64,000 bases of DNA from Eledone cirrhosa. Taxonomy: Eukaryota. The notes beneath the pieces were generated by a model, which saw only the letters and a list, made by a program, of their open reading frames with translations, was not told where the DNA came from and did not search any database. The stretch lies in the NCBI GenBank assembly GCA_964016885.1, contig OZ024748.1, forward strand, positions 7,192,001 through 7,256,000, given 5' to 3'. The translations under genes and the position numbers were made by a program. Of this stretch, positions 44,268 to 56,331 are shown piece after piece. Every line of letters starts with the position of its first letter. Positions within the stretch are counted from its first letter, which is position 1.

Positions 44268-44610
44268 GATATATATATATACATACATATATATAGATAG
44301 ATATATATACATACATACATACATATATATATAGCTATATAGATATACATACATAAATATATATATATATATATATATATACATACATACCACCACCCCA
44401 CTCTCAAGAGCGTGAAATTAATAAACCTTTGTTTTTACTGCCTCTCTGTTTTGTTCCCGTTCAATTTTCCACTATATATATATATATATATATATACATA
44501 CATTTATATATAAATATATATATATAACGAATCTGCCTCTTTGCCGTCTTCCATATAACGAACTGAACAAGGAAGGGCTGATATATAAGACCCAGTTTGA
44601 AGAATATTAC

Positions 44611-44646
<36 letters not shown>

Positions 44647-45193
44647 ATGATGAAGGAACAATGAGAAATATAAAAAAAAAAGCCATATAAACTTTAGGGG
44701 GAACCATTTGAATAAAATTAAAGATTTGTCCCCTAATATAACAGAGAGATAAAACAGTTTTAATTTAATATAATGTATAGAATAATCCAATTAAATTTTT
44801 CACAAATATATACCAAAGAAAGACAATTTTTAGTGATTCTAGCGGCCCTTTGATGTAGTAATAAACACTGACCGTTGCTATTTGTCCTGGCAATCCTCGT
44901 GCCTTTTATTTTTCCTTAAGTGTTAAGGTTATTGTTGTTGTTCCTTTAAATAAAATGTTCCTTTATGACGCAGGTTGTAAAGTCACACCACCTCTCGTGC
45001 TGAAATTGGGAGATCAAGATTTAACATACGCACACAGACACGCACTTATACACACAATTTTACATATCTCTCTCTGTATATATTTATATATATATATATA
45101 TATATATTTACACACATGCACATATTCACACATACACACATATATATATATGTGAGTGTGTGAATATATGCATGTGTGTTTATATATATATAT

Positions 45194-45227
<34 letters not shown>

Positions 45228-45295
45228 TTATATATATATATATATATATATATATCTTTATATATATATATATATATATATCTTTATATATATAT

Positions 45296-45440
<145 letters not shown>

Positions 45441-45483
45441 TATGAATGTATGTGTATGTGTACGTACCTACTTATATATCCAT

Positions 45484-45583
<100 letters not shown>

Positions 45584-46188
45584 CACACATGCATTTATAT
45601 ATATATATACATGCATATATATATATATCAGGTTTAAACCAGTATTAAACTAGTTAGACCATTATTCAACAGAGTACTCGATATTTGGGATAGTAGAGTA
45701 GGACTATATTAGAATCAGTCGGGAGCTGACAGCTAGCTCCAGACAGTCTGAAACTAGCTGTCGAGACGGCAAGAGCTCAGCCGTCCGGTGCCAGTGTTGT
45801 TGAGCAAATTAGCCAGTATCGTTCAATACAATAGCCAGTGTTGTTCAACAGCAGGCAAGTTCAGCGCTGTTCAACAACGAAGCCAGTACGGTTTAACATT
45901 GTAGGCAATGTTCTACATTGACATAGCCGACGTTGTTCAACACCATAGCCAGTGTTCTTCAACACTATAGTCGGTAAAGTTCAACACCATAGCCAATGTA
46001 TTCTGTCTCCTATGCATTGCTGTGCACTCTTTTAGTTTATGCTTGACAGACGCCATATAAATGTGGAGCTAGTGGCGTCTGGAGAAGGTAGAATCTCCAT
46101 AAATACATCATCTTCAACATAGTTGTGTGATATGGTCACATACCATTGTTTATGTAGACTGTTGAGACAGACAGTAGAAATAACAGAT

Positions 46189-46231
<43 letters not shown>

Positions 46232-46295
46232 GGAAAGAGAGAGAGATATACATACATAGATGGATGGATTAATATATATATATATATATGTATTG

Positions 46296-46344
<49 letters not shown>

Positions 46345-46582
46345 GTGTGTATATATAAGTAAAACAATAATAATAGTAATATAGAAGATAAGTTTCGGTA
46401 ATGGTTGAATGACAAGGTAAGAAAAAAAGAAGAGGCAAAATAAAAAAGTGACTGGGATAGACTGGGTAGAGAAGGGTGAGACGAGGTTAGGGTAGGTTTT
46501 GGGTTTTCATAGATGACAGAATAAAACTATTACAGTTTCTCCGTGGTGCCATAACTGACAGAGAAAGGATGCGATGATAATA

Positions 46583-46613
<31 letters not shown>

Positions 46614-46701
46614 TAGTAATAATAATAATAATATGAAGAAGAAGAAGAAATACGAATAAATTCAACTGTTTCAAAAAGCCAAACGGAGCAGCACACACAC
46701 A

Positions 46702-46732
<31 letters not shown>

Positions 46733-46788
46733 ATATACATACATATATATATACATACATATATATATACATACATATATATATATAC

Positions 46789-46821
<33 letters not shown>

Positions 46822-46824
46822 CAC

Positions 46825-46857
<33 letters not shown>

Positions 46858-46979
46858 CATATATATATATACATATACATATATATATACATATACATAT
46901 ATATATACATATATATATACATATATATACATATATATATACATGATAATAAGGGCGCTGCGGAGTTGCAAACATATGA

Positions 46980-47422
<443 letters not shown>

Positions 47423-48234
47423 TATATATATATATATGTGTGTGTGCGTGGGGGGGGGGGGGGGGTATATATTAAAATATAAGGGATTAAAGAATCATTG
47501 TTGTATCATATACATATTTAATTACATATGTTTCACTGTCGATCAGCTCGAGTAACGATCTATTAATGATCGAACCTGACTCTGGAATCGGAAGCTCCTC
47601 AGATACGTTTTAACATATCAGACACTGTGTTAGAATAATTCAGATATGACTGATTATAAAGTTCGTTTTCTCCACTGACGATTGTAGATGTAACGCATTA
47701 ACCTTTGTGTAGTGTATAAGACGGCGGCTGTAAGATATATATGTAGAGTGTTAGTGAGAATGGTTAGAAGATGTGTGTATATATATAAGACGAAGACTAT
47801 AAGGTATATGTAGGTTGTTTATAAGACCATAGCTATAAGTTGTTGTCTGAAGTGTATGAGAAAATGGTTACAAAATATATATGTATATATACGATGAAGT
47901 TTATAAGGAGCATGTGTATATATAAAATAAATTAACAGGTATTCTATATGTAAGTGAGTGTTAGTGAGATCATTAATGTCAAAAGGAAGGTAATCTCCCT
48001 CGCTGCATTTTTATAGCTAATTAACGACTTAGATCATCATTACTAAATGAAGTCTCTAGTCTTCAAAGACTAGGATAACATTTAGTGGAGACGAAACCAC
48101 AGCTTAAAACAACTTAAATAGTCACTAATTATACAATTGTTTCTATAGGAACTTGCCAAGATGACACAGCGGAGCAACGGATTCACAAGAACAGCGTTTA
48201 GTTCTGTTTGCACATTATTTTATATAGGTACATA

Positions 48235-48402
48235 TGTGTGGTGTGTGTGTGGTGTGTGGTGTGTGGTGTGTGGTGTGTGGTGTGGTGTGTGGTGTGTGGT
48301 GTGTGGTGTGTGGTGTGGTGTGGTGTGGTGTGGTGTGGTGTGGTGTGGTGTGGTGTGGTGTGGTGTGGTGTGGTGTGGTGTGGTGTGGTGTGTGTGTGTG
48401 TG
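48235..48402. repeat. (TGTGG)n pentanucleotide microsatellite
   Basis: Direct inspection. Also (TC)n 18150-18295, (TG)n 45340-45435 and 50205-50312, (GATA)n 5613-5677. Confidence 0.95.
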
Positions 48403-48698
48403 TAAAAGGTAAACAGAAATAACAACACAATCGGTACGTCTCTGGAAAGAATATATTAGTTAAACACAAAGAAATTCTTTAAGTTTCACGTAATATATAT
48501 ATATATATATATGACTGAGTATCCCAACGAAACTTAAGTATCTGTATATTGTGAGTTCGATTCCTGGACCAGGCGATGCGTTATGTCCTTGAGCGAGACA
48601 CTTTATTTCACGTTGCTCCTTCTACCCGGAGTTGCGACCGATAGATAGTAATAGCAATTGGAAAGACCAACGGAAACATTGTTTACTCGGTCCGATTG

Positions 48699-48730
<32 letters not shown>

Positions 48731-49134
48731 GTGTGTGTGTATATACTCCATAATATTTGGTCTACAAGTTAAATTAACGTGCCATTAGTTGGGTGGTCTA
48801 TAGAACATAAGTACCTTGAATATAATTATTGGGTCTGTTTACCCTGATATGTAGAGTGTAACAATGGGGGGGGGGGATTTGCGCATGTCTATCACAAGGA
48901 TTGAGATGAAAGTCACTACTTGTTCACGGTACCATACCTTGGGATCGAACTTGAAATTTAATGTCACTTAGAAAGAAAGAAAGAAAGAAATCTCACAGGC
49001 AAGAATGGAATGGCGTAACAGAACAAACAAGAATAGTAAAGTCATAAGATATGAAAAGAAAGAAGGAAAGAAACTATAGAAAGACAAGAGCAATGAAGAA
49101 AGTTCGAGAACCTTCTGTGGCTGGTCACTAGCCA

Positions 49135-49372
49135 CACCCATACATATATCACCACACCCTTACCTCACCACCGTACCCTATACATCGCCACCAGACCCTT
49201 ACCTCACCACTGTACCCCATACATATACCACCACACCCTTACCTCACCACCGTACCCTATACATCGCCACCACACCCTTACCTCACCACCGTACCCCATA
49301 CATCACCACCACACCCTTACCTCACCACCACACCCAGACATCGCCACCACACCCAGACATCGCCGCCACACC
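49135..49372. repeat. ~39-bp C-rich minisatellite
   Basis: cacccttacctcaccaccgtaccctatacatcgccacca, ~5 copies. Confidence 0.88.
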
Positions 49373-49485
49373 CATCTCATTTATACTCAGTGTAAATTTC
49401 TGAACGTGTGTCGTCTTCGTGTGTCTTGCTTCGATGATGTTTGCAATTCTTCCGAGAATTTCCATGGACCAGCAGTAATATTACA

Positions 49486-49885
49486 GTTGTGGTGGCGGGA
49501 AAGACAGAGAAGGAGTGGACAGTTGTGGTGGCGGGAAAGACAGAGAAGGAAGGATAGGGAAGTTGTGGTGGCGGGAAAGACGGGGAAGGATTGGACAGTT
49601 GTGGTGGCGGGAAATAATGGTAGAGAAGGATTGGGAAGTTGTGGTGGCGGCAAAGACGGGGAAACGATGGAAGAGAATTGTGGTGGCGGGAAAGATGAGG
49701 AGACGATGGAACAGAGTTGTGGTGGCGGGAAAGCTGAGGAGACGATGGAACAGACTTGTGGTGGCGGGAAAGATGAGGAGACTGTGGAACAGAGTTGTGG
49801 TGGCGGGAAAGTCAAGGAAGGATGGAACAGTTGTTCTAGTGGGTGAAAGGGTGAGGAAGGGTGGAAGAGTTGAGGCGGGAAAGAT
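49486..49885. repeat. 35-41-bp G-rich minisatellite with near-invariant TTGTGGTGGCGGGAAA core
   Basis: Nine clear units and two degenerate ones. Confidence 0.92.
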
Positions 49886-50201
49886 AGTGAGAGTGCGGCT
49901 AAAGAAAGCAGTGAACATGTAAATGTTGTTCCTCCAAAACTAAGCAATAGACAATCTGCTGCTGGTGCTGCTGCTGCTGGTGGTGCTGCTGCTCTGCTGC
50001 TGCTGCTGCTGGGAGTGACAGGTAGTAGAACGACACAATTTTAGTAGCAATTATCTTCCGGCTTTGCCTTCATTATCATTCTATAATCAACAGTGATTAC
50101 TCTTTCGTTTGTTTTCTGAAGACACACCAGAGAATTACCATCGTTAGCTATCAGTAAATTCTACTGCTCCCTGTGTGTGTGTGTTTATGTGTGTCAGTGC
50201 C

Positions 50202-50314
<113 letters not shown>

Positions 50315-50400
50315 AGGAGGGAGGGATGTGAGTGCGTACGTGTGTCTTCTGACAATTTTTCTACTCGCTTTTTCTTCCTTTATGTATATGTTTATATGTT

Positions 50401-50431
<31 letters not shown>

Positions 50432-50699
50432 TGTATCTCTACGTGTATGTGTGTGTGTGGGGGTGGAGGGGGTATGTATCTGTATGTGTGTGTGTGTGTC
50501 TGTGTGTATGTGCGTGTGTGTATTTTACTAAATCATCATTCTCTTTATTTATCTTTTTTATCTTTCTTTTTCTATGTACCTATTTATCTACCCATCTCTC
50601 TATCTATCTACCTATGTATCTATCTATCTATTTATCTATTTATCTTATCTATCTATCTCTCGATCTATCTACATTTGTTTCAATATTTTTACACGAATG

Positions 50700-50790
50700 T
50701 ATGTAAAATCCCCGGCATATCTTTGTTTTGTCCCCTTTTCTTGTGCGCCCTTGTGGCAAATAAAGAAATCTCTCTCTCTCTCTCTCTCTC
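50700..50790 (+). mobile_element. 3' tip of a related LINE ending in (TC)n
   Basis: atgtaaaatcccc...ttgtcccc...gcccttgtggcaaataaagaaatc followed by (TC)n instead of (ATT)n. Confidence 0.7.
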
Positions 50791-51901
50791 CCTCTCTCTA
50801 CCTCTCTATCTATCTATCAGTTTCTTTACTTAAACCAATACAAGAGAAGGAAAATAAACATCCCAGTTTATTTTTTCCTTCTTCCTATTTTCTTTTCTCT
50901 TCCTTTGCTTCCATCTTGTTTCTGGGGCTTGTTTGTTTTTTGTGTTGTATTTTATTTGTTGTTGTTTCGTTTTCCACTCACCAGAGCATTTGGCATTGCA
51001 TTGAATCAACGAACGATTGAACAAATGGAAGAATGAACGAAGGTAAAGAAAGAGAAAGAAAGAAAATTCTAAATGAAAGAAAGAAATTGCTCTTCGGGGG
51101 ACCATGAAAAAATACCAAGTTATTCTTCTTTGTTATTTTTTTTTAAATGTAGATTATTGGTGGAGAACAACAGCTGTTATGGTGGAGATGTTCGACATGA
51201 CGTGTGTGTGTGTGTGTTTGTGTGCGTGTGTGTGTGTGTGTGTCTGTGAGTGTGTGTATGTCTGTGTGTGTGTGTGTGTGTATGCGTCTGTGTGTGTTTG
51301 TCTGTCTCTGGGTGTGTGTGTTCATGCGTGTGCATGTTTGTGTTCATACACATATAGGTAGGCATGTATATACATATATATATATATATATTGTGTGAGT
51401 GTGTGTGTATGTGTGTGTATGCGCGCGCATGTGTTCATACAAATATGTAGACAGGCATGTATATATATATGTGTGTGTGTATGTGTGTGTATTCATGCAT
51501 GTGCATGTGTGTTTTCATACACATATATGTAGGCTTGTATATAAATATTTACGTGTCTGTGTGTATGGGTTCATACACATATAGGTAGGCATATATATAT
51601 ATATATATATTTGTGTGTGTGTGTGTGTGTGTGAAGTAATTGGATCTACGTCGGTGTCGAGGCTGCGTGGTACAGTTGTTCGATCAACCGAACTAGTTAC
51701 TCATTGAAATGTTATACTTTTCCTACATCCTATAAATGTTGTCTTCATCTCTTCTGTGTTGTTTGACGATGACTTTATATAAGTATCATTAGCATCATCG
51801 TCCTAATATACCTTGTCAGAAGTACAGTGAATGTCCTAGACAAACCTCTGAAGTACATCTAAGTCATGTTTTACTGAAAAGACATGGTAATATATAATTC
51901 G

Positions 51902-51950
<49 letters not shown>

Positions 51951-51953
<3 letters not shown>

Positions 51954-52153
51954 CGAAGGAAATGTGGTAAGGAACCAGGTGGACCATAACGCACCAAAGT
52001 ACTCAATACTTAGGGTAGTAGAGTGGGTAATAGGAACGAGTAGGACCCCCGACGGCTGAGCTCAAGCCGTTTCGACGGCTAATTCTGGACTATATTTAGT
52101 CCAGAATTAGACGTCGAAACGGCTTGAGCTCAGCCGTCGGGGTCCTACTCGTT

Positions 52154-52157
<4 letters not shown>
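51951..52157 (-). mobile_element. Asymmetric hairpin element in (TA)n (family H3)
   Basis: Reverse complement of 42581-42775 with a longer hairpin centre; (TA)n on both sides. Confidence 0.85.
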
Positions 52158-52200
<43 letters not shown>

Positions 52201-52263
52201 ATAATTATAAATGTGAAGACTAAAATCCAAAGTGGGCTCGATAAGGATAAATATTTATCAAAT

Positions 52264-52455
52264 ATAATAATTGTTTCTACTTTTGGCACAAGGCCAGCAA
52301 TTATCCCAGTGTATTACTGCTACTTTATTTTATCCACCCCGTAAGGATGAAAGGAAAAGTTAACCTCGGCGGGATTTGAACTCAGATCATAAAGGGCCGT
52401 ACCTCTTTGCTGCAAAGCATGGCGTCCGACCCTCTACCGATACTGCCAAACCATC
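52264..52455 (-). mobile_element. SINE A
   Basis: Family match; flanked by AAT repeats. Confidence 0.9.
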
Positions 52456-52608
52456 AATAATAATAATAATATATATTTATATAGAGAGAGAAAAACCACA
52501 AACCCTCCATCTCAATTCTACTTTTGTAAAGCATAAGAACTGTGAAACCGGTAAAGGAAACAAATGAATATTATTAAAAAGACTCCAGTTGCATTTTCGA
52601 TTTATTTT

Positions 52609-52654
<46 letters not shown>

Positions 52655-52952
52655 TATAAATTATGTCCATAGAACCATTTGATAAAATATATACTCAATT
52701 TCGTCTCCCAATTAGCATAATCAACCACACAAAAAAAACAATTAAACCAGGCTATAAGATTAAAAGGCACCTATGAAGAAATAATAGATAAATAAACGAT
52801 AGCCATCTATTCGCGATCAACAACCATACAATATTTACCCAGCATTTCAATAGCACGTGGAAATCGATTAAATATACCGTTAACCATACACAATTAGGTA
52901 TAAAATTAAAGTTAGAAGAAAAAATGCATATACACATACCAGGATTACGTTT

Positions 52953-53010
<58 letters not shown>

Positions 53011-53383
53011 ATGTGGAAGCTTAGTAAAATCGAAGCTTTGGCTGTGGGCAAGCAAAGTCGACCTACAATATGAATGAGTTAGCAAAGCACTCAATAAGAG
53101 TAGGTCCTTACAGTAACAACATACGTTTAAATAGCTTGATAAATTGAACATTGTGGTAGGCAAAACCTAACACACTATACCAAAGCAACGAAAAAACTAA
53201 CAGGTTAAAATGTGTGTTTTAGTTTCTCCCACTTTCATTATTTTCCGCCCATTTACTCACTCACTATTACACTTCGCTAATCAAACCCTTCATTCCCCTC
53301 CTAAAACAAAATAACTTTTACTTCGAGGCCCTTGAGGCAAATACGGAAAAGCATTCTTCTCACCATTATTATTTATTTATCAT

Positions 53384-54025
53384 CACGCACTCGTTCAGTG
53401 CTCGATCGCGTGTAGAACTGATCCGGTTATCGACTGAGTCCATTGTGCAGATGGTCTCGCCGTCTTCCTTCGAGGAGGAAGGGCAGACGGTTTTCATCTG
53501 CCTGGTGGCCATGGTGAAAGAGATTGTGTGGTGGACAAGGTTAAAAGGGTTAAAGACAGACGTTTTCCTCTTCGGCGAAACCCTAATTAACTTTTTCAAG
53601 TTTCACTTGAAGAGGAAAATCAGGGTGGAGAGGCAAGTGCTGCCTTCTAGCAAGTTTGTTGAAAGGTGGGTGAAATGTAGCGAGAATGGTCCGAGTGAAC
53701 GGGACCGCTCTGAATATACGTCTGTAGTTTGAGAAATGGAAAAATTGAGAGAGGGCGCTTGCTCTGGTGGTCAGGGTGGCCGTGGTCTTTTGTGTGGTTT
53801 TCTCCACGAGTAAACCTCGGAGGTTTCCCCCTATTGGGAAATTTTTCATTGTTTCAATTTTCATTTTTATTGTTTATATATATATATGTTTCTATGTCTT
53901 TTTTTCTTTTCTTATATAAATAATAAAAATATTTACACGCACAAAACGGACATCGTACGGTCCTGTACCGTCCTGTGCCGTCTGTAATGTTTTTCTTGAT
54001 GTCAGCCCTTGTGGCCAATAAAGAA

Positions 54026-54066
<41 letters not shown>

Positions 54067-54081
54067 TATTATTATTATTAT
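53384..54081 (+). mobile_element. 5'-truncated, diverged copy of the same LINE lineage
   Basis: Aligns by eye to 59371-60025 (translation WWTRLKGLKTDVFLFGETLINFFKFHL). Has a deletion near its 5' end, a frameshift and a divergent 3'UTR. Ends GCCCTTGTGGCCAATAAAGAAATC(ATT)n. Confidence 0.92.
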
Positions 54082-54439
54082 GCTTCTTTTTTTCAGATCG
54101 AGACGCAGGTGAATTTCCTAAAATTGTGGTTGGAGGATGTTAAATACTTTCAATTTACAGCCAGTCAAGAAAGATGGCGACAGAACATTATTATACCACC
54201 AACAGTATTATTATTATTATTATTATTATTGACGAAAGTGGATGTACGTTTTTTGAAGCTCCGTGAGTAAGCAATTTTTGAGGATTAATTGTAGAGAATT
54301 GTTTATTTTTTGTACCGCTGAAGCATTATAAGACATTAATTTGTATCCTGTGAAGGAATAACTCATAATATTTGGGCCTTTTGGCCCAAATATTTGAACT
54401 TTATTTTGAAAAAAATAATAATTTTTTTCTCAAAAAAAC

Positions 54440-56302
54440 ATGGCGGAGCCACGCCCCCTAGAGGCGGGTCTGCTGTCGTGCAACGGCGACTTGAGCGTTG
54501 AGAGGAGAGGTGAGGCGAGGAGCGCCACCAGCACGAATGTGAGCAGCGACAGTGCCAGCACCAACGGGCCGAGCGGCGCGGAAGGTGGTAACAACGACAA
54601 CACCAACACCAACAAGCCGAACAGCGCAGAAGGTGGTAATAGCGAGAGCACCAACAAGGCCAACAGCACAGAAGGTAACCACGACACAGGGGAGAACAAC
54701 AACAGCAATAGCAGCAGCAACACCAACAAGAACAACAACAGTGACAACACCAACAAGAACACTTTCGCTGCTGTGGCAGCGGCTAAAAGGAGACCATGCT
54801 ACAGCATCGACTTAACCAACAGAGAGGAAAAGTTGGCCCAGGCCTGGAAAATCATAAACCAAGAGCAGACCTGGGCAAACTTAACTGTCCCGGCAGAAGC
54901 CATTGAGGCAGTGGAAAAAAGAACGGTGCATTTCAGATGCATCTCAGTAGAGACAAAGAGGGCAGCGATAATCGCCCAAGCTGACATAGAAGCCGCACTG
55001 AAATACATCAGAGAGGACACAGACTTCATAGAGAGGGGCAGGCAATACGGCACCGTTTCGGTGCTGTTCAAGTCTGAAGCCCTCGCTGTGAAGCATTCAA
55101 TGACCCCTTGCAAAACCAGCAAGGTCATAATGTACCCCTCCCACATGGGAAAACGAATAGCACGTGTGCGCATTCCCAGGATTCCACCAGGACTTGATAT
55201 GTGGTGGCTCCTGGGTTGCGTAATCGTGGAAGGAACGGATACAGTCCCGGTAGAGGCAACGAGAACTGCCAGGGACGACTGGTCCGGGGTTGATCTGGAG
55301 ATACTGCTCCAAATCAGACCCGAAAACGTAAAAACAATCCCGGACCACATCCGCCTCCAAAACGGGAGGGTGTTGCATATAATGACTGAGGGCAAAAGGC
55401 CGCATTGTTTCCTTTGTGGGGAAACGACACACTTGCGAGCCTTCTGCCCTCAACTGCCGAAAAGCGCAAGGGGTCGAAAGATTCCACTGCTGGCGACGCC
55501 GGGACAAGGACCACCAGCAACACCGTCAACAATGGAACCACCAAAATTGCACACCCAGGGGGGAAACGAGGAAAGCTCTCCCATTCCCCCTCCCCCCCAA
55601 AATACACACACGAACAAGAACATAAACACTCACTCAGACACAAACACGCTCACAGCCACAGACCCCTCATCCTCCAGCAGTGAAGATGAGGGAAAACCAA
55701 AGTCCCCCAAAATACAAAAAACAAAACACAAAAAAAAAAGAAATCCACAAAGCACAAACACCCCCACAAAAGAAAATACACACACCACCCACACAAACAT
55801 TTTCCCCACAGCATCACCAACACAACCACCAAAATCCCCCAAACGCAAACAAGCTAAACAGACACAAGAACAAATAGACACACAAACATCAGAAACTACA
55901 GACACCCCACCCACAACAAACGCAGACACAATAGAAACAACACTAACAAAGCTATCACCACCACAATCACACGAACAAATAAAACCCGAGCAACAAAACA
56001 TTAAAAACTTCGTGCTTGCCAGAAGGGCCAACAAGGAATTGATGGCCCATGTAGCACGAAGCACAAACATCGAAAAAGACGGGGAAACATTTGAAGCGAG
56101 CACATTTCGCGTACCAGATAATTTGCTTCTGATGCGAATGTCGCTCGCTTCATACAAAGAAATTCGAAAGAGCTTTCCTCGGGATGTGGGAACCCCGAAC
56201 GTAAAACCCACGTCAAGACTATTAAAGGGGTTCCCAAAAGAAACCCCACAAACCATGGAGGTCGAACCACCCGACCTTCACAAGACCCCGGAAGGTAAGT
56301 AA
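54440..56302 (+). CDS. LINE ORF1p, gag-like nucleic-acid-binding protein (620 aa)
   Basis: Single CCHC knuckle CFLCGETTHLRAFC (CX2CX4HX4C). N/S/T-rich N-terminus, possible RRM-like centre and a T/P/K-rich linker. Lies directly upstream of ORF2. Confidence 0.9.
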   Translation: MAEPRPLEAGLLSCNGDLSVERRGEARSATSTNVSSDSASTNGPSGAEGGNNDNTNTNKPNSAEGGNSESTNKANSTEGNHDTGENNNSNSSSNTNKNNNSDNTNKNTFAAVAAAKRRPCYSIDLTNREEKLAQAWKIINQEQTWANLTVPAEAIEAVEKRTVHFRCISVETKRAAIIAQADIEAALKYIREDTDFIERGRQYGTVSVLFKSEALAVKHSMTPCKTSKVIMYPSHMGKRIARVRIPRIPPGLDMWWLLGCVIVEGTDTVPVEATRTARDDWSGVDLEILLQIRPENVKTIPDHIRLQNGRVLHIMTEGKRPHCFLCGETTHLRAFCPQLPKSARGRKIPLLATPGQGPPATPSTMEPPKLHTQGGNEESSPIPPPPQNTHTNKNINTHSDTNTLTATDPSSSSSEDEGKPKSPKIQKTKHKKKRNPQSTNTPTKENTHTTHTNIFPTASPTQPPKSPKRKQAKQTQEQIDTQTSETTDTPPTTNADTIETTLTKLSPPQSHEQIKPEQQNIKNFVLARRANKELMAHVARSTNIEKDGETFEASTFRVPDNLLLMRMSLASYKEIRKSFPRDVGTPNVKPTSRLLKGFPKETPQTMEVEPPDLHKTPEGK

Positions 56303-56331
56303 ACCTTTCCTCTCCCATTCATCCTGCCAGC

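Noticed and set aside
44613-44644. Poly(A) run as a retrocopy tail
   Set aside because: I see no upstream polyadenylation signal, ORF or TSD.
49486-49885. CRISPR-like repeat/spacer appearance
   Set aside because: The spacers are related to each other, the context is eukaryotic and there are no cas genes.
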